Assembly (NCBI RefSeq): GCF_009177065.1
Contig: NZ_WEZF01000031.1
Coordinates: 13,637-45,636, forward strand
Direction of reading: 5' to 3'
Origin: Tautonia marina
Lineage (GTDB): Bacteria; Planctomycetota; Planctomycetia; Isosphaerales; Isosphaeraceae
DNA: 32,000 nucleotides
Shown here piece by piece: positions 1-8,605 of the stretch (positions within the stretch are counted from its first letter, which is position 1; the number at the start of each line of letters is the position of its first letter). The position numbers and the translations under genes are program-made. Under the pieces are notes generated by a model, which worked only from the letters and a program-made list of their open reading frames with translations, ran no database searches and was not told the DNA's origin.

Positions 1-3000
1 GAAACGAAAGACGGCACCGTCATCCGCCGCATGCCGAACGTGGTGAAATTCCGGGAAGACCCGGACGCCATGCTGGTGATGGCGCTCGAAGATTATGACG
101 AGCTGACCGGCCGGGCTGCGAAAGCGGCCATCATGAGCCGCGATGTTGTCGGCCGCACGCCGCCCATCACGCGGGTTGCCAGCGCCGAGGAGGGGCTGCT
201 CGTTTCGCTCAACCAGAAGGGCACGGTCAGCCTGCCGTTCATCGCTTCGCTCTATGGCAAGCCGGAAGAGGCGGTGATTCAGGAGCTGGGCGATCTCATC
301 TACCGCGATCCGGCAAGCGGTGCATGGGAAACCGCCGATGAGTACCTTTCCGGCAACGTGCGGGCGAAGCTGAAGGCCGCCGAAGCGGCCGGCCCGGAAT
401 TCGCCCGGAACCTTGAGGCACTAAAGGAAGTACAGCCGGAGGATTTGCTCCCCGGCGACATCGACGCCAATCCCGGCTCGCCATGGATTCCCGAATCCGA
501 CATCCAGGCATTCGCCGCTGAGCTGTTCGGCGTTTCGCCCCCGGCCATCCGCATCGGGCATTTGAAGAAAGACGCGATCTGGAGCGTCGATGCCGATTAC
601 GCCGCCACTGCATCGGTCGCCGCCACTTCCGATTACGGCACGCCCAGGGCGAACGGCGTCACCCTGCTGGAGCAGGCGCTCAACCTCAAAACGCCGGTCA
701 TCTACGACACCGTGCGCAGCGGCGATAAGGAAGAGCGGGTCGTGAATCAGGAAGACACGCTCGCCGCCCGCGAGAAGCAGGCGAAAATCAAAGAGCGCTT
801 CAAATCCTGGGTCTTCTCCGAGCCTGAGCGCACCGAACGGCTGGTCCGTATCTATAACGATACGTACAACAATCTCAGGCCCCGCCAGTTCGATGGCTCG
901 CACCTCGATTTCCCCGGCCTGAACCAGACCATCCATCTCCGCCCGCACCAGGAAGATGCCGTCTGGAGAGGCATGTCGAGCGGCAACACGCTGCTGGCCC
1001 ATGCCGTCGGGGCAGGGAAGACGTTCACGATGGCCGCAACCGGCATGAAGATGAAGCAGGCGGGCCTCATCCATAAGCCGATGTACGTGGTGCCGAACCA
1101 CATGCTGGAGCAGTTCGGCCGCGAGTTCCAGCAGCTCTACCCGAATGCTCACCTGCTGATTGCCGGCAAGGAGGATTTTGCCAAAGACCGCCGGAAGCTA
1201 CTCACCGCCAAAATCGCCTCCGGCAACTGGGACGGCATCGTGGTCACGCATTCGAGCTTCGAGCGGATCGGCATGTCGAAGGAATACCAGGAGCGGTTCC
1301 TGCGCGAGCAAATCGCCGAATACGATGAGCTGCTCTGCGACCGGGCCCGCATGGGCTCTGACCGTGCCCAGCGGAACATCATCAAAACCATCGAGAAGCA
1401 GAAAGCCCGCCGCGAGGAGAAGCTGAAATCCCTGCTGGCCGAGGAAAAGAAAGACGACGGGCTCGTCTTCGACGAACTCGGCGTCGATCACGTATTCGTT
1501 GATGAAGCCCATTACTTCAAGAATCTCGAAACGCCGACCAAGATGGACCGTGTGGCCGGAATCCAGACCGGCGGCTCTGAGCGTGCCTTCGACCTGTTCA
1601 TGAAAGCCCGCTACCTTGGCGAGCGGCATCCCGGGCATGGCGTTACGTTTGCCACCGGCACGCCGGTTTCCAACACGATGGTGGAACTCTATACGATGCA
1701 GCGGTTCCTCGACCCGGAGGGGCTCGAATCCCGCGGCATCGGGCATTTCGACGGCTGGGCCGCGAATTTCGGCCAGGTGGTCGATTCCATGGAAATCTCG
1801 CCCGATGGTGCGAGCCTTCGGGCCCGCAGCCGATTTGCCCGCTTCGTCAATCTGCCGGAGCTTCAATCCATGTTCCGGGCCTTCGCCGACGTGCAGACGG
1901 CAGGGATGCTGAACCTGCCGACACCGGCGCTCGAAGGGGGCAAGCCGCATATCGTCGCCTGCCCGATGTCGATGGAGCAGGCAGAAATCCAGACCAGGCT
2001 GGTCGAACGCTACGAGCGTATCCGGAAAGAAAAGGTCGATCCGAGGGAAGATAATGCCCTTGCGATTACCACCGACGGCCGCAAGCTCGCGCTCGACGCA
2101 AGGCTGGTATCCCCGGAAGCGGCCGACCATCCGGATTCGAAGGTGAACGCCCTTGCCGATAACGTGGCTTCCATCTGGCAGCGAACGCAGCCGACACGCG
2201 GCACGCAGCTCATCTTCTGCGACATGGGCGTGAACCCGACCGCATGGGGCTACTCCGTCTATGACGACATAAGGGCAAAGCTCGAAGCCCGCGGCATTCC
2301 GCGTTCAGAAATCGCTTCCATCGGCGACGCCGATTCGGATGCGAAGAAGCAGGCCCTGTTCGACAAGGTACGCAGCGGCACCGTCCGGGTGCTGCTCGGC
2401 AGCACGCAGAAAATGGGCACCGGCACCAACGTGCAGAAGCGGCTGGCCGCACTCCATCACGTCGATGCGCCGTGGAAACCGGCCGAAGTCGAGCAGCGGG
2501 AAGGGCGCATCCTCCGCCAGGGCAATACGAATCCGGAAGTCGCCATCTACCGCTACGTGACCGAAGGTTCCTTCGACGCTTATATGTGGCAGGCACTGGA
2601 AACCAAGGCGAAATTTATCGGGCAGGTGATGACGGGCGACATCACCGCCCGCTCGGCCGACGACATCGGCGGCCAGGAGCTGTCCTACGCCGAGGTGAAG
2701 GCGATTGCCTCCGGCAATCCGGCGGTGCTCACGCTCGCCGAAGCCGATGCCGAGCTGCAACGGCTTTCCATCCTGAAGAAAAACCACGCCGACGAGCAGT
2801 ACCTTGCCCGCCGGGCCTTACGCGAACTGCCGGAAACCATCGAACGCACGAAGCGCCGCATCGCCGGGCTTACCGCTGACCTTGCCACCGCTGAAGCCCG
2901 GGCTGAAGGGGAATACCGGATCGACGGGCGGCTATGCGACCGTTCGGAAGCGTCCGAACGACTTGGGTTCCGCCTCGAAGCCCTGCCGGAGAAGGTGCGG

Positions 3001-3735
3001 CAGGTGAGCCGCACGCCGCTCGGCCACTGGCGCGGGCTGGAATTCGGCATCGTGCAGCATCCATCCGGTGCGCCGGAAGTCTATCTTCAGGGCCAGGCCA
3101 CACGGCACCAGCAGCTTTCCCGCGACCATCACGGCCCGAGGGCCGTGCTCGGTGCCATCTCCCGGCTGCTCGGCAGCTACAGGCAGCAGATGGATGCAAA
3201 CGAACGCGACCTCGCCCTCGCGGAAACCCAGCTTCGCGATTACCAGTCCCGGCTCGGCTCCGCCTTCGAGCATGAAGCCTATCTGAAAGAGCTGGAAGGC
3301 TTGCGGGACCAGCTCAAATCGGCGCTCTCTGCTACCACGCCGGAAGCAGGAGGGCCGGAATTGCCTCCGGCGAGCGAGCTGGCTGAGCGCATCAACGCCC
3401 TGAAGGCAGCAAACCGTGTCGAGGGTACCGCCGAACGCAGCTCCGCCCACCGCACGAGCAGGGCCGAAGAGCCAGTGACACGCCGTATCCGCCGACGAAT
3501 CGGCACCGTAGCCGCTCCTGCGGCGGAGCCCGCTGCCGAACCCGCAGAAAACATCGAGCAGCAATCCATCGGGGCCCCGGCGGTGCCGCCGACGGAAATC
3601 ACGCCAATGGTCGTGCAGGAACTGCCGTTACCACAGACCAGCATGGTCCGGAAACCGACCGTACCGGCCTCGACCAGCTTCCGGCAGCGCGTTACCCGGA
3701 GCCAGGGAGCCGGCCAGCAGTTGCGGTTGTTTTAA
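1..3735 (+). CDS. 5'-truncated giant SF2 (SNF2/DEAD-like) helicase; C-terminal part of a plasmid/phage methylase-helicase type protein (P1 DarB-like architecture suspected)
   Basis: Frame 1 is open from nt 1, with no stop before the first ATG at 31, so the gene starts upstream of the window. SF2 motifs in the translation: AHAVGAGKTF (motif I), VDEAHYFKN (II), TGTPVSN (III), QREGRILRQGN (VI). The N-terminal in-window part (..EYLSGNVRAKL..) recalls the linker region of large conjugative-element methylase-helicase proteins, from memory. The last ~250 aa are coiled-coil or low-complexity (AAPAAEPAAEPAE). Stop TAA 3733-3735. Confidence 0.75.
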   Translation, partial: ETKDGTVIRRMPNVVKFREDPDAMLVMALEDYDELTGRAAKAAIMSRDVVGRTPPITRVASAEEGLLVSLNQKGTVSLPFIASLYGKPEEAVIQELGDLIYRDPASGAWETADEYLSGNVRAKLKAAEAAGPEFARNLEALKEVQPEDLLPGDIDANPGSPWIPESDIQAFAAELFGVSPPAIRIGHLKKDAIWSVDADYAATASVAATSDYGTPRANGVTLLEQALNLKTPVIYDTVRSGDKEERVVNQEDTLAAREKQAKIKERFKSWVFSEPERTERLVRIYNDTYNNLRPRQFDGSHLDFPGLNQTIHLRPHQEDAVWRGMSSGNTLLAHAVGAGKTFTMAATGMKMKQAGLIHKPMYVVPNHMLEQFGREFQQLYPNAHLLIAGKEDFAKDRRKLLTAKIASGNWDGIVVTHSSFERIGMSKEYQERFLREQIAEYDELLCDRARMGSDRAQRNIIKTIEKQKARREEKLKSLLAEEKKDDGLVFDELGVDHVFVDEAHYFKNLETPTKMDRVAGIQTGGSERAFDLFMKARYLGERHPGHGVTFATGTPVSNTMVELYTMQRFLDPEGLESRGIGHFDGWAANFGQVVDSMEISPDGASLRARSRFARFVNLPELQSMFRAFADVQTAGMLNLPTPALEGGKPHIVACPMSMEQAEIQTRLVERYERIRKEKVDPREDNALAITTDGRKLALDARLVSPEAADHPDSKVNALADNVASIWQRTQPTRGTQLIFCDMGVNPTAWGYSVYDDIRAKLEARGIPRSEIASIGDADSDAKKQALFDKVRSGTVRVLLGSTQKMGTGTNVQKRLAALHHVDAPWKPAEVEQREGRILRQGNTNPEVAIYRYVTEGSFDAYMWQALETKAKFIGQVMTGDITARSADDIGGQELSYAEVKAIASGNPAVLTLAEADAELQRLSILKKNHADEQYLARRALRELPETIERTKRRIAGLTADLATAEARAEGEYRIDGRLCDRSEASERLGFRLEALPEKVRQVSRTPLGHWRGLEFGIVQHPSGAPEVYLQGQATRHQQLSRDHHGPRAVLGAISRLLGSYRQQMDANERDLALAETQLRDYQSRLGSAFEHEAYLKELEGLRDQLKSALSATTPEAGGPELPPASELAERINALKAANRVEGTAERSSAHRTSRAEEPVTRRIRRRIGTVAAPAAEPAAEPAENIEQQSIGAPAVPPTEITPMVVQELPLPQTSMVRKPTVPASTSFRQRVTRSQGAGQQLRLF

Positions 3736-3770
3736 TCATCCTTTTACCTTTGATGCGATAGACTGGAAGG

Positions 3771-4628
3771 ATGGACATACACCACCGCCCTTCTTTCCCC
3801 CGTGCAGGATTCACGCTGATCGAGCTGAGCATCGTGCTCGTTATCATCGGGCTGGTCGCGGGCGGGGTGCTCCTGGGTCGCGATTTGATCGAGGCGGCTG
3901 AAACCCGCAGCATCATGAGCCAGCTGGAACGTTATGAGGTTGCAGTCAGCACCTTCCGCACGAAATATAACTGCCTACCCGGAGATTGCCCAATCGCAAC
4001 GCAGCTTGGACTTGGGCCGAATGGTAATGGAAATAAAGGCATTGATGCTGTCTGGGACTACGAAACCGACTATGCTACGTTTCGCGACATCATAGACGGT
4101 GGCTCATACCATGTTCAATATTCTGCTGAAGCCAGTAAGTTCTGGGTACACCTTTCCACTTCTGGTCTCATAAAGGAATCCATTCAGAATTGCACGGCAG
4201 CTCCATGTACCCCGGGGACACATGCCCCATTACTTGCAAATGGCAGGGGAGGCATAGTCGCGTTCACCTGGAATAATCAAACGCTCTTTCGGACCGGATT
4301 TAGTCATGTGAATGGCCAAGCTGCATTTTATGGAATATCCGCGCTGAAGCCCGACCAGGTCATATCCATGTTTACCAAAATTGGCGGAACTTTCCCCTAT
4401 TATTCTGGAAACAATGACTTTCCCCTGCTCCTGCAGCAGCAAAAATTAAAGCTACTACCACAGGCCGGTGGCGGGGTAGCTAGCGCCAACATCAATCGTA
4501 CCGCACAGACGACCAACGAAGACGGAAGCAGTTGTGGTTATCGAAACGGTGCATACTGGGATACAAGCCTAAACAATAATTATAGCGGTTACGCATGCAA
4601 TATTTTCTGGCGCGTGGATACAATGTAA
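3771..4628 (+). CDS. prepilin-type N-terminal cleavage/methylation domain protein (type IV pilin / T2SS pseudopilin-like), otherwise unassignable
   Basis: The N-terminus MDIHHRPSFPRAG|FTLIELSIVLVIIGLVAGG has a short leader, G-1, F+1, E+5 and a hydrophobic helix. This is the classic prepilin peptidase substrate signature. A purine-rich GGAAGG lies directly upstream of the ATG. The body of the gene is lower in G+C than its flanks (line 4081-4140 hand count 27/60). Confidence 0.8.
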   Translation: MDIHHRPSFPRAGFTLIELSIVLVIIGLVAGGVLLGRDLIEAAETRSIMSQLERYEVAVSTFRTKYNCLPGDCPIATQLGLGPNGNGNKGIDAVWDYETDYATFRDIIDGGSYHVQYSAEASKFWVHLSTSGLIKESIQNCTAAPCTPGTHAPLLANGRGGIVAFTWNNQTLFRTGFSHVNGQAAFYGISALKPDQVISMFTKIGGTFPYYSGNNDFPLLLQQQKLKLLPQAGGGVASANINRTAQTTNEDGSSCGYRNGAYWDTSLNNNYSGYACNIFWRVDTM

Positions 4629-4843
4629 CTATTTCCTAATAAAATTGCATTTGTTATTAATTTTTTAGTCATCATCCCTGTTCAAATATCCCGGGGGTGC
4701 AGGGGGCAGAGCCCCTGCCGCGCCAGCGGAGTCAGTCGTTCAACTGGGCCCAGACCCAACTGACCGGGTGCAGGGCCTTGCCACGGATTCGCCGCCTGTT
4801 GCTTTCCAAAAGGCCGCAGATACCCCATACTAACGTCATCGCT

Positions 4844-4907
4844 GGCAAACTTTCTGCCGGTTTCCGCAGGCAGGAGCCACCGGAATGGGCAAAGAATCTG
4901 CCGGTTT
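4844..4907 (+). promoter_or_regulatory. pair of 20-bp direct repeats (GGCAAAsnnTCTGCCGGTTT) spaced 44 bp, overlapping the HTH-Dam start codon; operator candidate
   Basis: ggcaaactttctgccggttt at 4844-4863 and ggcaaagaatctgccggttt at 4888-4907. The ATG of the downstream CDS is at 4885. The same motif pair with the same 44-bp spacing recurs at 28805-28868. Confidence 0.5.
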
Positions 4908-5793
4908 CGGCCTCGGTGCGGAGCTGAGGCAGCACCGGAAAGCGCTCCGGCTCACGCAGGCCGCCGTGGCGAAGGCGGCATCGGTCGCAGAGCGCACGGT
5001 ACGCGACCTGGAGCAGGGAGGCGGTACGCTCGCTTCTTTCCTGGCGGTGCTGGCCGCCCTGGAGCTGACGGTAGCCGGCCGCAACCTGCCGGGTGGCGCA
5101 ACGCTCGGCGAGCGGATTGCTACGCTCCGCCGCCGCCGAGGCTACTCGCAGGCATCGCTTGCCCGCACGCTGAACGTCAGCCGGCCCACCGTCCGGGCGC
5201 TGGAGCGAGAGAGCACCGGCAGGCTTGCTACGCTGCAGGAAGCGTTCAGCGTGCTCGGGGCAGGGGCTTACCTCGCACCGGCAAACGGCAAGGCCGCCTT
5301 TTACAACCACGCCGGCAACGCTTCCGTCCATCACGGCTGGGAAACTCCGTCCGAGCTGCTCGAAGCTCTCTACCGCGTGTTCGGCCGCTTCGACCTCGAC
5401 CCCTGCGCACCCCGCCGCACTCGCACCGCCGTGAAAGCGGCAGCGCATTTCACCGTCGAGGATGACGGGCTGAATCTGCCGTGGCGCGGCATTGTCTTCC
5501 TGAATCCGCCCTATGGGCGCACGCTTTCGGCATGGATAGCCAAAGCCCACGAGGAAGTCAGGAGCGGCCGGGCGAAGACGGTGGTAGCGCTCCTGCCGGC
5601 CCGGCCGGACACCAGATACTGGCACGAGCACGTTGCCGGGAAGGCGGTCGTGTATTTCCTGCGGGGGCGGCTCCGCTTCGGCGGTATCGACCAGGCCGCG
5701 CCGTTTCCGTCGGCGCTGGTGGTCTGGGGCTCCAATCCGGAGATGCTGGCCGGGCTCGATGCGGCGTTACCGGATGCCTGGCGAGCCGGCTAA
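4885..5793 (+). CDS. fusion protein: two XRE-type HTH domains + phage-type DNA N6-adenine methyltransferase (Dam, PF05869-like); orphan MTase
   Basis: Two HTH repeats are present: LRQHRKALRLTQAAVAKAASVAERTVRDLEQG and IATLRRRRGYSQASLARTLNVSRPTVRALERE. They are followed by a Dam-family core: WETPSELLEAL..FDLDPCA..WRGIVFLNPPYGR..ALLPARPDTRYWHE..FLRGRLRF. AGGAG lies 8 nt upstream of the ATG. No cognate endonuclease gene is adjacent. Confidence 0.85.
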   Translation: MGKESAGFGLGAELRQHRKALRLTQAAVAKAASVAERTVRDLEQGGGTLASFLAVLAALELTVAGRNLPGGATLGERIATLRRRRGYSQASLARTLNVSRPTVRALERESTGRLATLQEAFSVLGAGAYLAPANGKAAFYNHAGNASVHHGWETPSELLEALYRVFGRFDLDPCAPRRTRTAVKAAAHFTVEDDGLNLPWRGIVFLNPPYGRTLSAWIAKAHEEVRSGRAKTVVALLPARPDTRYWHEHVAGKAVVYFLRGRLRFGGIDQAAPFPSALVVWGSNPEMLAGLDAALPDAWRAG

Positions 5794-5897
5794 AGCCCCG
5801 AAAAGCCCAATGAGACATAGAGAATATTATCAGACGCTGGCATAATCATGCTTTCCAGAACGATCCGACCATTCCCCGGCTGACCACCGGTGCCGAA

Positions 5898-6287
5898 TCA
5901 CCGTTCCCGGCCGGAGCCGCGGCCCATCCATTTGCCGAAGGCGGCAAGGAGCTGGTCCATGCCGAGCTTATCGCCGGCTTCCTCCGGCGTCATCTCCCGC
6001 CCGGTCGTGGCAATCAGCGTATCTTCGAGCAGCCAGGCAACCGGCCCTTCTTTCGGGTCCATCTTCACCGTAATCGGCGTGTTGGTCGGCATGCCGATGG
6101 CGGAGCAATCGGCTTCAAGGTCGAGTCGCAGCTTCCCGTCCCGCTCCACGCCTGCGGCATAGACGGTGTAGTACGGCTCGCCATGCTGATCGCTCATCAC
6201 GTCGCGGTTGTCGGCCATGCGCTGGAGCACGGCTTCCACGTACTCATCGAGGCGGGGCAAATCCCAGGGTTGTGGCCGGTCAATCAT
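5898..6287 (-). CDS. hypothetical protein (129 aa)
   Basis: The ORF has balanced, protein-like composition (MIDRPQPWDLPRLDEYVEAVLQRMADNRDVMSDQHGEPYYTVYAAG..). This contrasts with the R/A/P/G-rich antisense ORFs typical of this window. It is divergent from the 6674 operon. No family recognised. Confidence 0.55.
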   Translation of the reverse strand: MIDRPQPWDLPRLDEYVEAVLQRMADNRDVMSDQHGEPYYTVYAAGVERDGKLRLDLEADCSAIGMPTNTPITVKMDPKEGPVAWLLEDTLIATTGREMTPEEAGDKLGMDQLLAAFGKWMGRGSGRER

Positions 6288-6530
6288 GAGCTAAAGCCAT
6301 AGCACCGCTCCAAACCCTGCGCAAGCGATCCATGCTTCCGTCGCCCCGCTACGGCTTGCGAAGGAAGACGCTCCGGTCCTGCGCTTTCTCCCTCTCCACC
6401 GGCCGCTGAAGTCAGGCCCGCAGGTGCGAAAGCGGTGCGGCCGACACGACCACTTCCTTTCCGTTCACATCATCAAGCCCCGCAATGTGGCCTTTGAACC
6501 CGGCACGCTGAAGCGGGCGGCATGCCGTGT

Positions 6531-6578
6531 AAGCGAAAAACCGGCTTCCGCCTGCGCGAACCCTCCGGTTTTTCGCTT
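6531..6578. repeat. perfect 14-bp inverted repeat with 20-nt spacer in the divergent intergenic region upstream of the 6674-9474 operon
   Basis: aagcgaaaaaccgg (6531-6544), 20 nt, ccggtttttcgctt (6565-6578). The arms are exact reverse complements. It lies ~95 nt upstream of the ATG at 6674. Confidence 0.6.
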
Positions 6579-6673
6579 GCCCGGTGCGCTCTCGCCACGC
6601 CTGGACCCGCTTCCTGATTCGTGCCGTAAGGCCCCGGAGCGGGGCCGGTAACGAAATCGGAAAGGAATCCATC

Positions 6674-6937
6674 ATGTCTCAACCCGCACACAAAATCCGC
6701 ATCGGCGTCCTGCAAGTCACCATCTGGAGAAACCACGGCGAAAACGGCCCCTGGTACAGCGTCGTCCCCAGCCGCAGCTACAAAAACGGCGACGAAACCT
6801 GGCAGCAATCCGACAAGCTCCGCTTCGACGATTTGCTGACCATGGCCAAGCTGCTCGACCAGGCCCACTCCTACATCGCCAGCCAGATGAAATCCGACGC
6901 GAAGGCCCGCAGGCAGGCAGGCCCGACCGCGAAATGA
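6674..6937 (+). CDS. small hypothetical protein (87 aa), possible PC4/Whirly-like ssDNA-binding fold (weak)
   Basis: An internal ATG of ORF 6584-6937 is preceded by GGAAAGGAATCC. The product is MSQPAHKIRIGVLQVTIWRNHGENGPWYSVVPSRSYKNGDETWQQSDKLRFDDLLTMAKLL... Its beta-strand-rich N-terminus followed by an amphipathic helix loosely recalls PC4-like proteins. This is a guess. Confidence 0.55.
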   Translation: MSQPAHKIRIGVLQVTIWRNHGENGPWYSVVPSRSYKNGDETWQQSDKLRFDDLLTMAKLLDQAHSYIASQMKSDAKARRQAGPTAK

Positions 6938-7007
6938 GCGGGTCGCGGCGGGCAGATCGCCCGCCGCATCCTCTCCCTCATGTGCAACCAGTGAAACGAC
7001 AAGGAAA

Positions 7008-7367
7008 ATGCTTATGACTTCGAACCTTATCTTTGAATACACCACCGAACAGGCCATTGCCGACGGCATCCTGAACGATGCCTTCGAAGCTGTCAGGCCA
7101 AAGCGGCTTACCTTCCCGCTCGGCCGGCTCCTCATCACGACCAGTGCTCTGGAGCAGCTCACGCCGGAAGAGGTGAACGCGGCGCTTGCCCGCCATGCCA
7201 GCTGCGACTGGGGCGAGGTGAGCACCAGCGATGCCCGCCAGAACGACAGCGCCATGAAGCACGGCGACCGGGTGCTTTCCGCCTATCCGGGCAAAGCGGG
7301 CACATTCTGGATCATCACCGAAGCCGACCGTTCGGCGACCACCATCCTCATGCCCGACGATTACTGA
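7008..7367 (+). CDS. conserved plasmid/ICE-associated small protein (C-terminal ..CDWGE..FWIITEADRSATTILMPDDY motif)
   Basis: The C-terminal motif HASCDWGEVS..NDSAMKHGDRVLSAY..GTFWIITEADRSATTILMPDDY matches a family I recall from many plasmids and ICEs, often labelled 'plasmid related protein'. AAGGAAA lies upstream. The start could be ATG 7014 rather than 7008. Confidence 0.65.
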   Translation: MLMTSNLIFEYTTEQAIADGILNDAFEAVRPKRLTFPLGRLLITTSALEQLTPEEVNAALARHASCDWGEVSTSDARQNDSAMKHGDRVLSAYPGKAGTFWIITEADRSATTILMPDDY

Positions 7368-7424
7368 GCTGACCAACTTACGGGCGGGCCGGAAGCCCGC
7401 CCATAACCTGAAAGGAATCAGATT

Positions 7425-8000
7425 ATGACAACGCAACAAACCATTACGTACAAAGTCTGGATCGACATTGAAGAGTACAACGAGGAAACCGGGCAAGGCG
7501 TGGAAACCGACGCGCCCGGCGGGGCGCTTGCTGCGTTCGACACCTGCGAGGAAGCCTGGGCATATGCGGCGCATGTCACCCAACTCGCCTGCGGCGAAAT
7601 CGAGCAGGAGCGCATCTGCAAGGCCGCTCCGAAGCTGCTGTCTGTGCTGGAACGAGCGGAGTTCCTGATGCGCCGGATAAGCGAAGGCGACCATCATGCC
7701 CTCGAAAACCTGGGTGACGCCGCCGAACAGGCCCGCGCCGCTATCGCCGATGCAACGGCGGCCGGCATCAGGCCGAAACTTCCCGACCACTCTACCTGCT
7801 TCGCGTTCACGCACGAACCGGAGAAAGACCCTGATCGAGCCTGCGTCCATGTCGAGGGCGGGTATGGTATCGCCATCATCCGCAACCCGGAAGGGCTCAT
7901 CATCGACGTGTATCCGAACGACTGGATGGAGCCCATCGAAACGCTGACCGTCTGGAATGACGACGTTGCAGTGGCAGAATCCGACGATGACGCAGCATAA
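7425..8000 (+). CDS. hypothetical acidic protein (191 aa)
   Basis: AAAGGAA lies 8 nt upstream of the ATG. The product is visibly rich in D/E and ends ..VAVAESDDDAA. Same strand and operon as its neighbours. Confidence 0.6.
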   Translation: MTTQQTITYKVWIDIEEYNEETGQGVETDAPGGALAAFDTCEEAWAYAAHVTQLACGEIEQERICKAAPKLLSVLERAEFLMRRISEGDHHALENLGDAAEQARAAIADATAAGIRPKLPDHSTCFAFTHEPEKDPDRACVHVEGGYGIAIIRNPEGLIIDVYPNDWMEPIETLTVWNDDVAVAESDDDAA

Positions 8001-8012
8001 GGAGCAACGAGC

Positions 8013-8600
8013 ATGGAAGCCATCGAAACCAGAACCGTCGAAGCCGGCGGCCGCACATACCGCATCAGCGTTTTCCCTGACAGCGATGCCGAATGCCCGA
8101 GCGAATGGGAGGGCTGGCGGCTCGTCTCGTTCAGCCACCGGCACCGCTCCTACGAAGCGCCTGAGCGCTATTGCAAGGGACTCGATGAAGCGGGTAACCC
8201 GCTACCGGCCCATATCGGCCTGAGCCGGAAGCTCGATACCGGCACGGCCTTCTGGCTCAGCTACTACGAGCACGGGCTCTGCCGCTGGTCGCTGACGGGC
8301 GAGGGACCGAGCTGCCGCTGGGACAGCACCCGGGTGGCCGGCATCCTGCTCTGGGAGCGGCCGCCGCCTGAGCTTCCCTCCGGCTACCAGCCGCGTGAAG
8401 CGGATGCCCGCCGTTTCCTCGAGGCCTACACCGACTGGGCCAACGGCCAGGTCTATGGCTACGACATCGAGATTCTCACCAGCTGCACCTGCTGCGGAAG
8501 CGAGCAGGCCGAACTGGTGGAGAGCTGCTTCGGCTTCTACGGGCTGGAAACCGCCCTAAGCGAAGCCGAAGCCCAACTTCAACCTTCATCCAAGGAGTAA
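8013..8600 (+). CDS. hypothetical protein (195 aa)
   Basis: AAGGAG lies upstream, 12 nt after the previous stop. The product is MEAIETRTVEAGGRTYRISVFPDSDAECPSEWEGWRLVSF.. No family named. Confidence 0.6.
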   Translation: MEAIETRTVEAGGRTYRISVFPDSDAECPSEWEGWRLVSFSHRHRSYEAPERYCKGLDEAGNPLPAHIGLSRKLDTGTAFWLSYYEHGLCRWSLTGEGPSCRWDSTRVAGILLWERPPPELPSGYQPREADARRFLEAYTDWANGQVYGYDIEILTSCTCCGSEQAELVESCFGFYGLETALSEAEAQLQPSSKE

Positions 8601-8605
8601 TTCCC

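Noticed and set aside
421-2130. Long minus-strand ORFs (421-1152, 1198-2130) antisense to the helicase gene
   Set aside because: Their products are R/A/G/P/H-rich and low-complexity, which is typical of antisense frames in high-GC coding DNA. The plus-strand frame carries clear SF2 helicase motifs.
4699-4718. Hairpin GCAGGGG-gcagag-CCCCTGC downstream of the prepilin-like gene as an intrinsic terminator
   Set aside because: It has a 7-bp GC stem but no following T-tract, and it lies ~70 nt past the stop. It is not convincing as a Rho-independent terminator.
4732-5631. 299-aa minus-strand ORF overlapping the HTH-Dam gene
   Set aside because: It is an antisense artefact. It has no motifs and an arginine/alanine-rich translation, whereas the plus frame has unambiguous HTH and NPPY methyltransferase motifs.
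6412-6675. 87-aa minus-strand ORF in the 6288-6673 intergenic region
   Set aside because: Its start overlaps the RBS and ATG of the plus-strand gene at 6674. Its translation is arginine-rich and shows no SD or recognisable domain. It is more likely non-coding regulatory DNA.
6978-8144. 388-aa minus-strand ORF (and 6473-7255) spanning the small-ORF operon
   Set aside because: It overlaps three plus-strand ORFs that each have an SD sequence and protein-like composition. Its translation is R/G/A/P-rich and has no recognisable domain.
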